From NCBI GenBank assembly GCA_041178425.1, contig JBEGVH010000040.1:114998-178997 (forward strand): a stretch of 64,000 bases of DNA, in the 5' to 3' direction. A model generated the notes under the pieces. That model saw only the letters and a list, made by a program, of their open reading frames with translations, did not search any database and was not told where the DNA came from. This DNA is from Pseudomonadota bacterium. GTDB taxonomy: Bacteria > Bdellovibrionota > Bdellovibrionia > Bdellovibrionales > Bdellovibrionaceae. Both the position numbers and the translations under genes were made by a program. Below, piece after piece: positions 1 to 10,242 of the stretch; the stretch's first letter is position 1; each line of letters opens with the position of its first letter.

Positions 1-111
1 GGGGGGTACCATCTGCACGCTCATGACGGCCACCATTGTGGGTGCCATCTATTAAATCTCTAATTCTGCACCCACTTTCAGAGGGCTGACGGTGAGTGTG
101 ATTGGTTTGCT

Positions 112-597
112 TTAAGCTGCTTTTTGTTTTTTCTGAATAAATCGAAAGTATTTACTTTCAATCACATCGATTTCCATGGGTTCATTTTTTGAATCAACAA
201 CAGACTCTGGAATATGAAGAGCACCGTGGTCATCGTATTCTTTTCCTAAGGTGAAAAGAACCTGTTTTTCTTCTCCCGTTCCATCAGAATAATAAGGAAC
301 AAAAAATGATTCAACCTTGCCCGTCGCAGGTAAAAAACCATCTACCATATTTATTTGATCAACAATAATTTTTGGACAATGGCGATAGACAACCTTTGTT
401 TTTGGGAACGGGCTGAGCCATTTGATCCACTCTCTGATTCCACACGAATTAATCCCTTTGACCTCTTTAAAGTCAAAAATAAGAGTGTTGGCTCCATTGA
501 GAACATCGCTCGAGAGAGTCACCTCTTCGTCGATAGAGCCCGACACATCGATAAGAAGAGTGTCCTGAGTTTTCTTAATGTTAAAATTATTTGCCAT
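112..597 (-). CDS. STAS/anti-anti-sigma-like protein (GIRxW family)
   Basis: SGSIDE...LIFDFKEVKGINSCGIREW aligns to the STAS core (SpoIIAA LNLEDLSFMDSSG). Last gene of an overlapping operon with a kinase and a PP2C phosphatase. Confidence 0.7.
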   Translation of the reverse strand: MANNFNIKKTQDTLLIDVSGSIDEEVTLSSDVLNGANTLIFDFKEVKGINSCGIREWIKWLSPFPKTKVVYRHCPKIIVDQINMVDGFLPATGKVESFFVPYYSDGTGEEKQVLFTLGKEYDDHGALHIPESVVDSKNEPMEIDVIESKYFRFIQKKQKAA

Positions 598-1414
598 TAC
601 GTCCTCCTGTTGGGGGAATGTTTAAAAATTGTAGGTTTTTACCAATAGCGCAAAATTGTTTGTAGCTGGTTCTTAGAGGAAAAGTACAACTCACTAAAGT
701 GGCTTCTCCTTTTTTGACAGCGATTGTAATGCCGGTAGAGTAGCGATGGAGAAGTGAACAGCCGATCCCGGCTCCACCGGGTTTATCACCAAGATTGATG
801 ATATTTTTAGTACCGCTCAATTCAATATCGCGCATTCGCTGGATTATTTTAGGAATATGAAGGCTGCCATAAGCATCAATACAGGTGATGGTTGCCTTGT
901 GCTGATCGTAAGCGGCAATGATCTCTGATGTTTTAGTCGACTTCTCTAAGCCCATTTTGATGGCCTCTTGGGGGGCATCGTAAACGGCGTTCATGAATAA
1001 TTCTTCGAATGCTATTCTCATATGATCAGAAATAGTTGCTGACTCAGCCGCTGCGAAAAAAGGTTCCAACTTGTTAAGAATCAAATCTTTTTCTTTGGCG
1101 AGTGAAAAGGTTAAATTCACAGATTTAGGTTTTTCCTCATAGAGGGCCAGAAGGGGATTTGCGAGAAAGCCTTCTGGGTCAGATTTGACCTTAAGAGCCA
1201 CGAGGAGTTCTTCGAGAAAGTTTCGATTATTGCTGTTTAGAAAAGTATTAAAGGGTCCGCGTGTTGCCAGTTCTAAAATTTGTCCCTCTGCCCATTGTGA
1301 CGAATGGAGCACTGTTTTTTCTGGGTCTGAGTATATTATTTTTCCTTGCCGATATTCGGTGACGTCAAAGGATGAAAAAGAGTCCATAAATTCGAAGAGT
1401 TTTGGGGCACTCAT
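587..1414 (-). CDS. RsbW/SpoIIAB-like HATPase_c serine kinase (anti-sigma type) with N-terminal extension
   Basis: N-box EELFMNAV, D-x-x-G (DAYGS) and G2 box GGAGIGCSLL; overlaps both neighbouring genes. Confidence 0.7.
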   Translation of the reverse strand: MSAPKLFEFMDSFSSFDVTEYRQGKIIYSDPEKTVLHSSQWAEGQILELATRGPFNTFLNSNNRNFLEELLVALKVKSDPEGFLANPLLALYEEKPKSVNLTFSLAKEKDLILNKLEPFFAAAESATISDHMRIAFEELFMNAVYDAPQEAIKMGLEKSTKTSEIIAAYDQHKATITCIDAYGSLHIPKIIQRMRDIELSGTKNIINLGDKPGGAGIGCSLLHRYSTGITIAVKKGEATLVSCTFPLRTSYKQFCAIGKNLQFLNIPPTGGRNGK

Positions 1415-3264
1415 GCGGCGTCTCCATATTTTACACAGAAAAAGGTAACATCATCAACAAGGGTTGTATTCGTTCGGTAAGACTGTAGGGAGTTGTTCAT
1501 CATGTTCACAAACTTAGGAGGATTGGATCTTTCGGGCATCGTCTCGAGAATAATCCTCAGAAACTCTCGTTCTCCCAGTGATTGCCCCGAAGGGCTTTGA
1601 ATGTCGGCGATTCCATCCGTGTAAAAAAAGATAAAATCGTTAGGGTCTAATTGAAAACTCGTTTGCTCGTACACGGTGGCTGGGTCTTGGCCTAGGCGGG
1701 CATTATTGACATCAATCAGAGGTTTGAGATCTTTTTTTCTTGGTTTCTGAATGTCGGCTTTTAGTAAATAAGGCGCTTCATGACTGGCATTGCAATAAGT
1801 AAAAACTCCTGTTTCGGTATCAATGATTCCTAGAAAAAAAGTCATCATGACTCGACCTCGTGAAACGTCGTAAATCGAGCGATTAAGAAGGCGCATAATT
1901 TGTTTGGCATCGAGGGTAAAGTGTTCCATCACACTCGCAGCACTGCGCGCGGCACTCGTGATAAGGGCTGCGGGGGCACCGTGGCCGGTGGCATCTCCTA
2001 TACAGAGCATGATCCTTTTATTGATTTTAGCGTAGTACCACCAGTCGCCTCCGCATTCGCTGGCAGGTTCGTAATGGCCGGCAATATGAACGTTGCCAAA
2101 GACTTGTGTGGTCGGGGGAAAGAGAGTTTCTTGAACGGTTCTGGCGGTTTGCAGTTCCCCTTCCATCCTGGCTTTTTCAGCCGTCTCATTGAGGAGTCTG
2201 GCCACTTCGGTCGACATGAGGTTAAACGAAGTCGCGAGGGAGCCAATCTCATCTTTCGACGGTACATTCACCCGAAACGTGAACTCCCCCTGAGCAATTC
2301 GTTGAGTGGCACTCAGGAGATCTCTGAGGGCTTTCGTAAGAGTTTGCGAGCCAATGATGCTCAAAAGTAGAGTAATACTCAAGAGAATGCCCGCAAAAAG
2401 CAAAGATTTAGTGACGAGAGTTTTGATAGCGGAGAGGGCCTTTTCTCTGTCAACGATAGATGTCACAATGAGTTTTCCGAAGCCAATTTTGTTATAGGAC
2501 ACCAGATAGCCTGATTTTTTTCTTTCGACGAGTTCTGTGCCTTCGGTGCTGTTTTTCTTTTTGAGGACTTTGAAAAATTCTGAATCGAGAATAGTCGGTG
2601 TGTTTTTTTTCTGAGTCACTTTTTCCTGGTAACCAAAGAGAAAATCACCGGAGTCTGTGGCCAGAAAGAGAGATTGGTTAGCTTTTGCGGAAAATAGATC
2701 AGCAAGTTCCTGACTCCTAAAAACGATTGCAAATTTTAAAACGCTTTTGTCAATAGGGTTTTCGATACTTTCAATCAAAAGAATATTTTCGTTCTTAAAA
2801 GGCGTGCGAACGAGGTGAGTTTCGTCTTTGTACCCATTCACCAACTGATTGATTTGTTGGAGGCTGGCAATAAAATCTTCGAGATCTTCTGGGTTTTTCT
2901 TTAAATGGTCTTTCAGCGTCAGTGGGGATTTCGAGCTATCAAGAAGCCCTATAAAAAGGAGATTGCTCTCGCCATTAAAAGTTTCGCGAGAGAGCATCCC
3001 AAATTCACCATTGCCGACTCGATCTTGAAGAACTGGTTTCACCGAAGCTAAAATGGTCTGAAAGGTTCCCCTGGCTTGAGAGGCCAAACTTCGGTTAACA
3101 TTTGAATTTGTATCGTAAATGTAAGCAATTTTGTCTTTTTCGAATACATTGATAACGAGTAACAAATAGGAGCCAAGCAGCAGTAGTGGAACTACTGTCA
3201 GGAGTATCATCACCTTGTATTTCAGCGAAAGGTCTGACCAACTCATCGCATTGCTTATCGTCAT
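1411..3264 (-). CDS. Membrane PP2C/SpoIIE (RsbU-like) phosphatase with periplasmic Cache-like sensor and HAMP
   Basis: Two TM segments, HAMP (DEIGSLATSFN), GGDWW, GDATGHG, YTDGI and DDVT motifs. Start is probably ATG 3264 or 3246 rather than 3486, which overlaps the divergent gene. Confidence 0.9.
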   Translation of the reverse strand: MTISNAMSWSDLSLKYKVMILLTVVPLLLLGSYLLLVINVFEKDKIAYIYDTNSNVNRSLASQARGTFQTILASVKPVLQDRVGNGEFGMLSRETFNGESNLLFIGLLDSSKSPLTLKDHLKKNPEDLEDFIASLQQINQLVNGYKDETHLVRTPFKNENILLIESIENPIDKSVLKFAIVFRSQELADLFSAKANQSLFLATDSGDFLFGYQEKVTQKKNTPTILDSEFFKVLKKKNSTEGTELVERKKSGYLVSYNKIGFGKLIVTSIVDREKALSAIKTLVTKSLLFAGILLSITLLLSIIGSQTLTKALRDLLSATQRIAQGEFTFRVNVPSKDEIGSLATSFNLMSTEVARLLNETAEKARMEGELQTARTVQETLFPPTTQVFGNVHIAGHYEPASECGGDWWYYAKINKRIMLCIGDATGHGAPAALITSAARSAASVMEHFTLDAKQIMRLLNRSIYDVSRGRVMMTFFLGIIDTETGVFTYCNASHEAPYLLKADIQKPRKKDLKPLIDVNNARLGQDPATVYEQTSFQLDPNDFIFFYTDGIADIQSPSGQSLGEREFLRIILETMPERSNPPKFVNMMNNSLQSYRTNTTLVDDVTFFCVKYGDAA

Positions 3265-3336
3265 TTTAGGGGGAGTCAATAGTCCTGAAGTTTTAACTGA
3301 CGGGTTGTTGAAAAAAACCAAGACGAAGGTCCAATT

Positions 3337-3362
3337 TAAAGGCTCAAAGAAAAGTCCGATAG
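3337..3362 (+). promoter_or_regulatory. Putative sigma28 (FliA)-type promoter
   Basis: TAAA-N14-TCCGATAG ends 7 nt before ATG 3370; no Shine-Dalgarno sequence present. Confidence 0.4.
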
Positions 3363-3369
3363 TGGCTGT

Positions 3370-6156
3370 ATGCAAACGTCTTCGATTCGGCGGCCTGAAA
3401 ATCTCGATAAAATACTGGTGGGAGTGGCTCTTTTTGGGTTTGCTTTTCTTCTCTACTTTTTGATCAATGATTCTTGGATGCATCAACGCAAAGAGGATGG
3501 CTCGAGAACTAAAATTGGATCGGTAGTAGAGTTATCTCTTGATGTGCGTCGGCGTTCAAAAGATGAATTTATTTGGCTTCCCATCGAGAAAACCTTACCA
3601 GTCTTTGAAGGCGACTCCATTTTTACCGGTTCGAAAAGTCATACGACCATCAAATTAGATTCAGGCGTTCGTTTGGTGGTCGACCCCGATTCTCTTATTG
3701 TGCTTGAGCAAACTGCCGATGCGATGAAGCTCGATTTAAAATTTGGTCAACTCCGCGGAAGCCTCGATGACAAGAAAGCCGGGCTTTTAAAAATAACAGT
3801 GAATAACAATGACATGGCTCTCGCTGGCAAATCAGTGGAATTTGCAATGGAAAAAGTGAAGACAAAGGAGACCAAACTCAAGGTAACAAAAGGAACGGCA
3901 CAGCTTCTTGATGTGAAATCTAACAAGAAAATTGAAGTGAACCAGAATCAACAAATCCGCCTCACTCAAGCACCGACGGGGACCGTTCAGCAGCCAGTGG
4001 CGGTGGAAACTTCGATGGACTTCATTAATTTGAGTCGTTGGGCCATGCCGCGAAACCTTTGGTTGCCCCAAAGGCAGGCTTTAAAATTCTCTTGGGAGAC
4101 CGAGGGGCCTGTGGACGCCTATGAGTTCACGCTCTCAGAGTCAGCCGATCTGACGAAGCCTTTGGTAAAAGAGCTAGTTCGTCGACCGGCGTATGTTTGG
4201 ACACCCACAGACGATTCAGGAAAAATCTTTTGGCAGGTCAAAGCTCTGAACAGAGCCAAAAAGCAGTCGATTGAGTCTGAAGTGATTCAGTGGTCCTACA
4301 CGCTTCAGACGCCTCCCCACTGGACGAATCTCCAGGAGCCAATACTTATCTCTAAGCTAGATCTCAAGGGCATCGATTCGCAAAAGCCTTTGGAGTATTT
4401 TGTGTCTTGGGATGCGCCTCTTAAAACGGCGCAATTTCGTTTGGAATGGGCTCGAAATGCAAAATTCATCGATGCTCAGAGTTCGGAGTTTATGGATCAT
4501 CGTTGGCGAATTCCTAAATGGGATACCGGTCAATACTTTCTGAGAGTGCGAAGTGAATCAATCGGGCGGCCGCCATCTCTATGGTCTAGGCCTTTGGTAG
4601 TTACCATTACGGATCAAGACTCAGAGGGGTTAATTCCTCCCGCACTAGCGGTGACGGAATTGGAGACAGAAGCGAATAAAGGGATAGCCAAAATCGACTG
4701 GAAGCCACAAGAGAAAGCTGTCGACTATGTGATTGAGGTTGCTGATGCTGAGGATTTTGCGAATCTTTTAAAAACGACTCAGTTGAAGAAGTCACCTTGG
4801 TCGAGCGAGAGCCTTCCACAGGGTAGCTACTTTGTGAGAGTGGTTCCTCTCTCCGAAAAAGGGCGCCGTGGTCCGGCGTCAAAAATAATCAAATGGGTCT
4901 CTCGTTCCTCTGGACCTCAATGGTTGTTAGAACAAAAAAAGATAGACGTCGAAATACCACGAGATAGTGCTAACCATTTGATGGCTTTTCCTGACACGAT
5001 CGTTCAATGGAAAGAGATGGGTTCTCAAAAAGCCACTCTTTACTATTTAGAGCAAGATCGGTCGCCTGATTTTAAAAATAAGCAAACCAATAAAATATCG
5101 GCAAATCAAATGGTGCTAAAAAATTTGGACGCAGGCGACTATTATTACCGACTTCGTTCTTACTACGCTGATGGAACTTTTTCTGTACCTTCAGAGCCGC
5201 TCCATCTTCATGTCACAGAGAAAACAGCCATTGGTGTGCCTCAGCCTGTGATGATAACAAAAACCCTTGAGAGCTCGCTCAACTTAGAAGATCAGTCGAT
5301 GGTGAAACTAAAGTGGAAAAAAATGAAAGAGGCGGTCCAATTTGTTGTTCAAATGAGTGAAACGGAAGACTTTAAAAATCTCCTCATTGAAAAGAAAGCG
5401 GATCTTCAGCAGATTGATCTCTCGGTACAAAAAATAGGAACCTACTTTCTCCGAGTGGCTGGTATCTCAAAAAAAGAAGAGCAGGGCCCGTGGAGTGAAA
5501 TTGTACCCTGGAAGGTGTCGATGGGAGCTCCGTTATTAAACCCTATGAGCAATGTTCTGATTGAAGTGGAGAGCTCAGAGTCGGCGGTGCCTTTGACTCC
5601 TTTGTTGATAAGTTGGAAGGCTCACAAGAGCTTGACCGACTTTCAATTGCAAATCGCCGAGGATGATGAGTTTAAAAATGTGGTCTACAATGAAAGAGTA
5701 AATGGTAACGAGTATAGATACAATCTCACAAAGGGCGGAAAATATCGAATCAGAGTGAAGGGGATTGATCCTGGAGGAAGCGAATTAACGTCCTTTTCGG
5801 CCATGGAATCCATGAGTTTTATAATGAAGCGACCACTGATTGCACCTCATCTGCTGTTTCCAAAAAATAAGACATCCTACGTTCTTGCAAAAATGAAGAC
5901 ATCAGAGCTTTGGTTAGCCTGGGAAAACAAAGACAAGGGGTCCACTTCTTATCAGGTGGAGTTTTCAAAAGACAGTGAGTTCAGTGAGGTCACCTATACT
6001 CGAAAAACAAACGAACCGCGCCTTCTGCTAGATCAAAAAATTATTAAAGGAAAAATCTACTGGCGGGTTAAAGCTATCAACGACGACCAACAGCTCAGTT
6101 CCAACTGGAGTGAGGTTTGGAGTATGGCTGTGGTCGATGTGATGAGCGAAGATTAG
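3370..6156 (+). CDS. FecR-domain protein with N-terminal TM anchor and multiple fibronectin-III-like repeats
   Basis: GDSIFTG...LVVDPDSLIVL...LKFGQL is FecR-like. Repeated units of W...Y/F-x-[LV]-E-x-[SA]-x-x-x-DF...G-x-Y-[FY]-x-RV...S-x-WS occur about 7 times. Confidence 0.8.
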   Translation: MQTSSIRRPENLDKILVGVALFGFAFLLYFLINDSWMHQRKEDGSRTKIGSVVELSLDVRRRSKDEFIWLPIEKTLPVFEGDSIFTGSKSHTTIKLDSGVRLVVDPDSLIVLEQTADAMKLDLKFGQLRGSLDDKKAGLLKITVNNNDMALAGKSVEFAMEKVKTKETKLKVTKGTAQLLDVKSNKKIEVNQNQQIRLTQAPTGTVQQPVAVETSMDFINLSRWAMPRNLWLPQRQALKFSWETEGPVDAYEFTLSESADLTKPLVKELVRRPAYVWTPTDDSGKIFWQVKALNRAKKQSIESEVIQWSYTLQTPPHWTNLQEPILISKLDLKGIDSQKPLEYFVSWDAPLKTAQFRLEWARNAKFIDAQSSEFMDHRWRIPKWDTGQYFLRVRSESIGRPPSLWSRPLVVTITDQDSEGLIPPALAVTELETEANKGIAKIDWKPQEKAVDYVIEVADAEDFANLLKTTQLKKSPWSSESLPQGSYFVRVVPLSEKGRRGPASKIIKWVSRSSGPQWLLEQKKIDVEIPRDSANHLMAFPDTIVQWKEMGSQKATLYYLEQDRSPDFKNKQTNKISANQMVLKNLDAGDYYYRLRSYYADGTFSVPSEPLHLHVTEKTAIGVPQPVMITKTLESSLNLEDQSMVKLKWKKMKEAVQFVVQMSETEDFKNLLIEKKADLQQIDLSVQKIGTYFLRVAGISKKEEQGPWSEIVPWKVSMGAPLLNPMSNVLIEVESSESAVPLTPLLISWKAHKSLTDFQLQIAEDDEFKNVVYNERVNGNEYRYNLTKGGKYRIRVKGIDPGGSELTSFSAMESMSFIMKRPLIAPHLLFPKNKTSYVLAKMKTSELWLAWENKDKGSTSYQVEFSKDSEFSEVTYTRKTNEPRLLLDQKIIKGKIYWRVKAINDDQQLSSNWSEVWSMAVVDVMSED

Positions 6157-8048
6157 AAGCGAAAGCCTAGGCCACCCTGAAGTTCAGTCGTCGAAGTTGT
6201 TGCTGTCGTGGTGGTGTTAACTTTTGTTTGTAGCGCCTCAACGATAAGCTTCCAACTCCAATAGCTCTTTTTGTTTCTGTTGTAGCGGCTCTGCCAAGAG
6301 GCAGAAACAAGGCTTCCACCCTTGCATTCTTCATTCAGGCAGGCCGGATAAACGCCAAGCTGGGCCGAGTGAAAATTTCCAAAGAGTATCGATGTAGTCT
6401 GATGGGGGCCATCATGGGCTATTTTTAATCCGGCCCATTGGTTTTGAGTGGAGCGACCAGAGGCCGTGCTATTGGTCACGCTCCGATAAGCAACCCGAAG
6501 GCTGGTGCTTGGTTGAACATAATAAAACCCTGACGTGAATCGATAGATCAGATCAAAATCAACAAAGCTAGAGTTTGTTTTTGCCGCTGAAAACGCTTGT
6601 GCTCCGAAGGTCATCGCGGTTCCCCAGCGAAGTAAATTGGCTGCGCCCGTCATGCCAAGTAATCCGTCGAAGTATTTTTGAAAGTAAAGATCCCCACGGA
6701 AAGAATTGTCGCTGCTTGAAAGAGTCGTTGTTTCTGATTTAACAGATGACCCCACAGAGCCACCACCTAGACCAAGGCCAAGATCCCAACCCTCCGCACG
6801 TTCAACTTCATAAGAACCGAGAAGTTTGATTTTATTAATTCCAATCTCTAGTAAGTGAGCCTTGTTATAGCCAAGAGCAATTTTATTGAGTGTCCATTCA
6901 AATTCAGAGCCGCTGGTCTCAACGGTGTCACCCTCGGTTTTGGTAACCAGATTGAGGCCATCAGCATTTTTGAACTTTATTGTTAAAGACGACGAATAGG
7001 TTTTGGTTTGGTTATTCAAAAGGATGGGGCGCTGATCTTGCGTTGGAATCATTTGGGTGTTGATAGATAAAGCTTGTCGAAGTGGAACCTGTCCATAGGC
7101 TTCTATAAAAAGGGAAGACTCTTTGGTATCGACATTTGCCTCCCAAGGGATCGCTTTTTTGTTACCAGGAATTTTTTCGCGAGCTTTGAAATTCACCGAA
7201 GAATTGGCTCGATTAAATGTGACATCTAAAAGTTGGAGCGGTACAAAATCACTACGCATTTCTACAGAGAGGCCCGAGATGAGTTGGGCGGCGAGGGACG
7301 CTGTTCTGATGTTTTGATCAAATTGGATAATACCGCTCTCACCAACTTCGGAGCCATTAACAAAAAGAGAATGATCTTTACGAACCGTCTTAATAAGAAC
7401 GGGCTCCCAGCCATCCCCTTTTTGTTTCAGAGTATAATTGGGTGTACAGATCTGGATACGGTTCACTCTTGATTCTGAAAACAGGCAGAGAGTGAAAAAT
7501 GAATTTTTGGCTAACTGTGCTTCAATCGCTGAAACGTCATGCAAATAAAATAGTCCAGAGGATGTGCGCCCCTCTGAGCCTTTTTGGCGATCTTCTTCGA
7601 CTTTTTCAATTTCGTTGATGTCTTTGATGGTCTGACTCCAGATGGCTCTACCATGGGGATCTTTAAGAATCAGAGTGCCACCCACGAGAAACTGCATTGG
7701 TGCTTGAAAAGTCATTGTCTCCGGGTCTTTTTTGAAGAGCTGCATATTTTTCGTAGAAATAACGATATCGCCGACAAGAATAGAATCATTATCGATAACC
7801 TTGTACTCAAGAGTCTGATTGAGAAACTTAATTTGTTTATCAGTGACGATGATATAGAAGTTTTCAATCAGATTGAGGCTGTCATCATCATTGCCTGCCG
7901 TTGATTCGGAGGCTTCTGGCGTGGTTTTTTCTTTTGATTCAACTTCGGCTGTTTTGCTTTCAGAATTTTTACTATCGGCAGCAAGAGTGAGGATCGGTGT
8001 TATCAGTAAAAAAAAGAGAATTTTTGAAAGTAAAAAATATTTATTCAT
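6153..8048 (-). CDS. Secreted protein with probable C-terminal outer-membrane beta-barrel; paralog of 8137-10179
   Basis: Signal peptide, amphipathic beta-strands, C-terminal GGLGFRF (BAM-type signal). Confidence 0.65.
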   Translation of the reverse strand: MNKYFLLSKILFFLLITPILTLAADSKNSESKTAEVESKEKTTPEASESTAGNDDDSLNLIENFYIIVTDKQIKFLNQTLEYKVIDNDSILVGDIVISTKNMQLFKKDPETMTFQAPMQFLVGGTLILKDPHGRAIWSQTIKDINEIEKVEEDRQKGSEGRTSSGLFYLHDVSAIEAQLAKNSFFTLCLFSESRVNRIQICTPNYTLKQKGDGWEPVLIKTVRKDHSLFVNGSEVGESGIIQFDQNIRTASLAAQLISGLSVEMRSDFVPLQLLDVTFNRANSSVNFKAREKIPGNKKAIPWEANVDTKESSLFIEAYGQVPLRQALSINTQMIPTQDQRPILLNNQTKTYSSSLTIKFKNADGLNLVTKTEGDTVETSGSEFEWTLNKIALGYNKAHLLEIGINKIKLLGSYEVERAEGWDLGLGLGGGSVGSSVKSETTTLSSSDNSFRGDLYFQKYFDGLLGMTGAANLLRWGTAMTFGAQAFSAAKTNSSFVDFDLIYRFTSGFYYVQPSTSLRVAYRSVTNSTASGRSTQNQWAGLKIAHDGPHQTTSILFGNFHSAQLGVYPACLNEECKGGSLVSASWQSRYNRNKKSYWSWKLIVEALQTKVNTTTTATTSTTELQGGLGFRF

Positions 8049-8136
8049 ACCGTCAGGATCAGAGAAACCAGGCAGAATTTCAAGTCATTTCGGCCCGGTT
8101 CCTGAATTTATTGATCGGTAAAAAAGGTCTTCTTTT

Positions 8137-10179
8137 TTAAAAGTTTAAACCCAGTCCTGCTGTTCCGTAGAGGGCTTGAACGTTCACATTGGATTTGCCT
8201 ACGGAGTAGTTGTAGGCTTTAATTCCAAAGCCAGCCTCACCAAAAAAGTACTTTTTCCATAAAACTTTTCCGTGGAAGTTCAGAGCGTAATTGGGATTCG
8301 GAGTTGTTTTTACTCCTGAAGTGAGTGGTAAAACATAATAGACCAGTTCCATGTCAACCCACTTTGGATAGTTCATATACGGAAACCAACTAATGATGCG
8401 GTCAAAAACGAGGGGCATCGAACGGGCCCAAAATAGTCCTGTTCCGGCAAATGAACCCTTAATATCGGTGATCGTGATGTCTTCAAAACCAAGAATAAGT
8501 CCCCAGGTTTCATCGCGCTCCCACAACCCGGGAGTGAATCGGTACTTCATATCAACGGTCGTTAGCCCCAGTGACAGGGGCGTACCAGTGCCGCCATTGG
8601 GTTGAAAGGTTTTAAGGCTCGAAAGGCGCTTGGCTGAGACTCCCCAACGTTGTTTGCTCAAGAGGGGGCTTTCGAGTCCGAGCAAAGTTTCAAACCACTG
8701 ATTATAGGCAAATTCATTCAAGAGATTGAGCTGCATATCTTTTGACAAAACACCCGCCAGGCGAAAGCTAAACTCTCCACTATAGCCTCGAAAGAGGTTG
8801 TAATAGGCGGTAAAGTTTTGGTTGTTTTCAGTGGCGATAAGGCCTCCATCTTGTTCTTCGCCTTTAACGTCGGCCGGAAACTCCCAGGTGAAGTTATTCG
8901 TATTGCTCACTAAATTTAATTTACCTGGAGGGGCTGCCTTGAATTGGCCACCATTGATGGAGGCCCCCTTAATTGCCGGACGACTGCTGTAAGTAGAAAG
9001 AGGAGGATTGATGAGTGTGATTTTTGAGAGGGCCGTAGGGGCTTTTGAAATCTCTAAATTATAGCGAAATAAGCCACCACCTGCACCGGGAACAATAAAA
9101 TAGGTTTTATTTGATGGCATCATCGATACCCAAAAATCTTTTGGAGCGGCGATGGTTGCTTGCCATTGCAATTTAGCTGTTAAGCTTTTAGGGTCAACAC
9201 CCGGAAAAAAACGTGTTTCGGGAAAAGTGGGAATATTTGAGTGGCCGGTGAAGAAATAGGCTTTTTTAGTCTCCTCGTAGGCAAAATCGAGAAGGTTAAG
9301 AGAATTGGGCTTGCTGAAAAATTCGACGGTGAAGCCTTGTTTTGAAACGGCGAGAAATCGAACCGGAGTTTCTGGTTTAATTTCAACCAAAGCTTCGGTG
9401 CTCGTTTCTTTTTGATCAAGAAAAACTTTTGTCGATCCTGATTGGATCTGTAGTTTCAGAGTTCTGTCTTTGTTTGAGTAACGATAATAAGGCGTGCAGG
9501 CCTTAAAAAAGTATTCGCTATCGGCCTTTTTCCAACAGAAGCGATAACCGCTTTTCATGTTCATGCCCATGAGAGCTCGCTTCATCTTTTCCGCCGACAA
9601 CAGGGCGCTGGTTTGTTCTTGAGGGTTAACGTCTTTCCAGAAATTGTTGCTGAGGGTTTTGGCGAGCAGGCTTCCTTGATTGAACTGTTCTTTGGAAAAC
9701 TCTCGTTCGGCAAGCACTTGCCCGCTTTCGCCAACCACTTCTAAAGTTCCGCTGGTCCCGAGGGCCATGGGAGCCGTAATAAAAAGAACCATGGTGTTGG
9801 GGCCGTAGGGGATTCCCGCAGGAATTCCCAAATTCTTCATTGGAGTGATGAGAGCCTGAAAGGTCGTTGGGTTAAAAGTGGCACCTGAAATGACCATGTC
9901 TTCAGCGCGATCAATACCAAAACTCAATTGGGGACCAATCACCTTGACGCCATTTTTTTCGGGCCTGAATTTTAAAACGTGAGGCTGAACCTGAAAGTCG
10001 GCCAGCGACAAGGGTTTGATCGGTGTGAGGGGCGTCTTTTTTTGCGGGAGCTCATTTTTCGCCGGTGCCGGAGCTGCAGGAGGCTCTTGGGGGACCGTTG
10101 GCGAGGGGGTCTCTTGAGCGAAAGCTGAAAGAGAGAGAAAAGAAAAAAAGAGGACGAGATTCAAATTAAAAATTTTCAT
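8137..10179 (-). CDS. Secreted protein with probable C-terminal outer-membrane beta-barrel
   Basis: Signal peptide ending AFA-Q, Pro-rich linker, C-terminal GTAGLGLNF. Confidence 0.65.
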   Translation of the reverse strand: MKIFNLNLVLFFSFLSLSAFAQETPSPTVPQEPPAAPAPAKNELPQKKTPLTPIKPLSLADFQVQPHVLKFRPEKNGVKVIGPQLSFGIDRAEDMVISGATFNPTTFQALITPMKNLGIPAGIPYGPNTMVLFITAPMALGTSGTLEVVGESGQVLAEREFSKEQFNQGSLLAKTLSNNFWKDVNPQEQTSALLSAEKMKRALMGMNMKSGYRFCWKKADSEYFFKACTPYYRYSNKDRTLKLQIQSGSTKVFLDQKETSTEALVEIKPETPVRFLAVSKQGFTVEFFSKPNSLNLLDFAYEETKKAYFFTGHSNIPTFPETRFFPGVDPKSLTAKLQWQATIAAPKDFWVSMMPSNKTYFIVPGAGGGLFRYNLEISKAPTALSKITLINPPLSTYSSRPAIKGASINGGQFKAAPPGKLNLVSNTNNFTWEFPADVKGEEQDGGLIATENNQNFTAYYNLFRGYSGEFSFRLAGVLSKDMQLNLLNEFAYNQWFETLLGLESPLLSKQRWGVSAKRLSSLKTFQPNGGTGTPLSLGLTTVDMKYRFTPGLWERDETWGLILGFEDITITDIKGSFAGTGLFWARSMPLVFDRIISWFPYMNYPKWVDMELVYYVLPLTSGVKTTPNPNYALNFHGKVLWKKYFFGEAGFGIKAYNYSVGKSNVNVQALYGTAGLGLNF

Positions 10180-10242
10180 ACCTTTAGTCTTAGTGAAAAG
10201 AGTTCGGTTGTCTAGAAAAGATTGAATTCGAAGAGAGGCTAA

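Noticed and set aside
3265..3486. N-terminal extension of the 691-aa PP2C ORF
   Set aside because: Overlaps the divergent FecR gene and looks non-coding; the TM1-proximal ATGs at 3264 and 3246 fit the domain layout.
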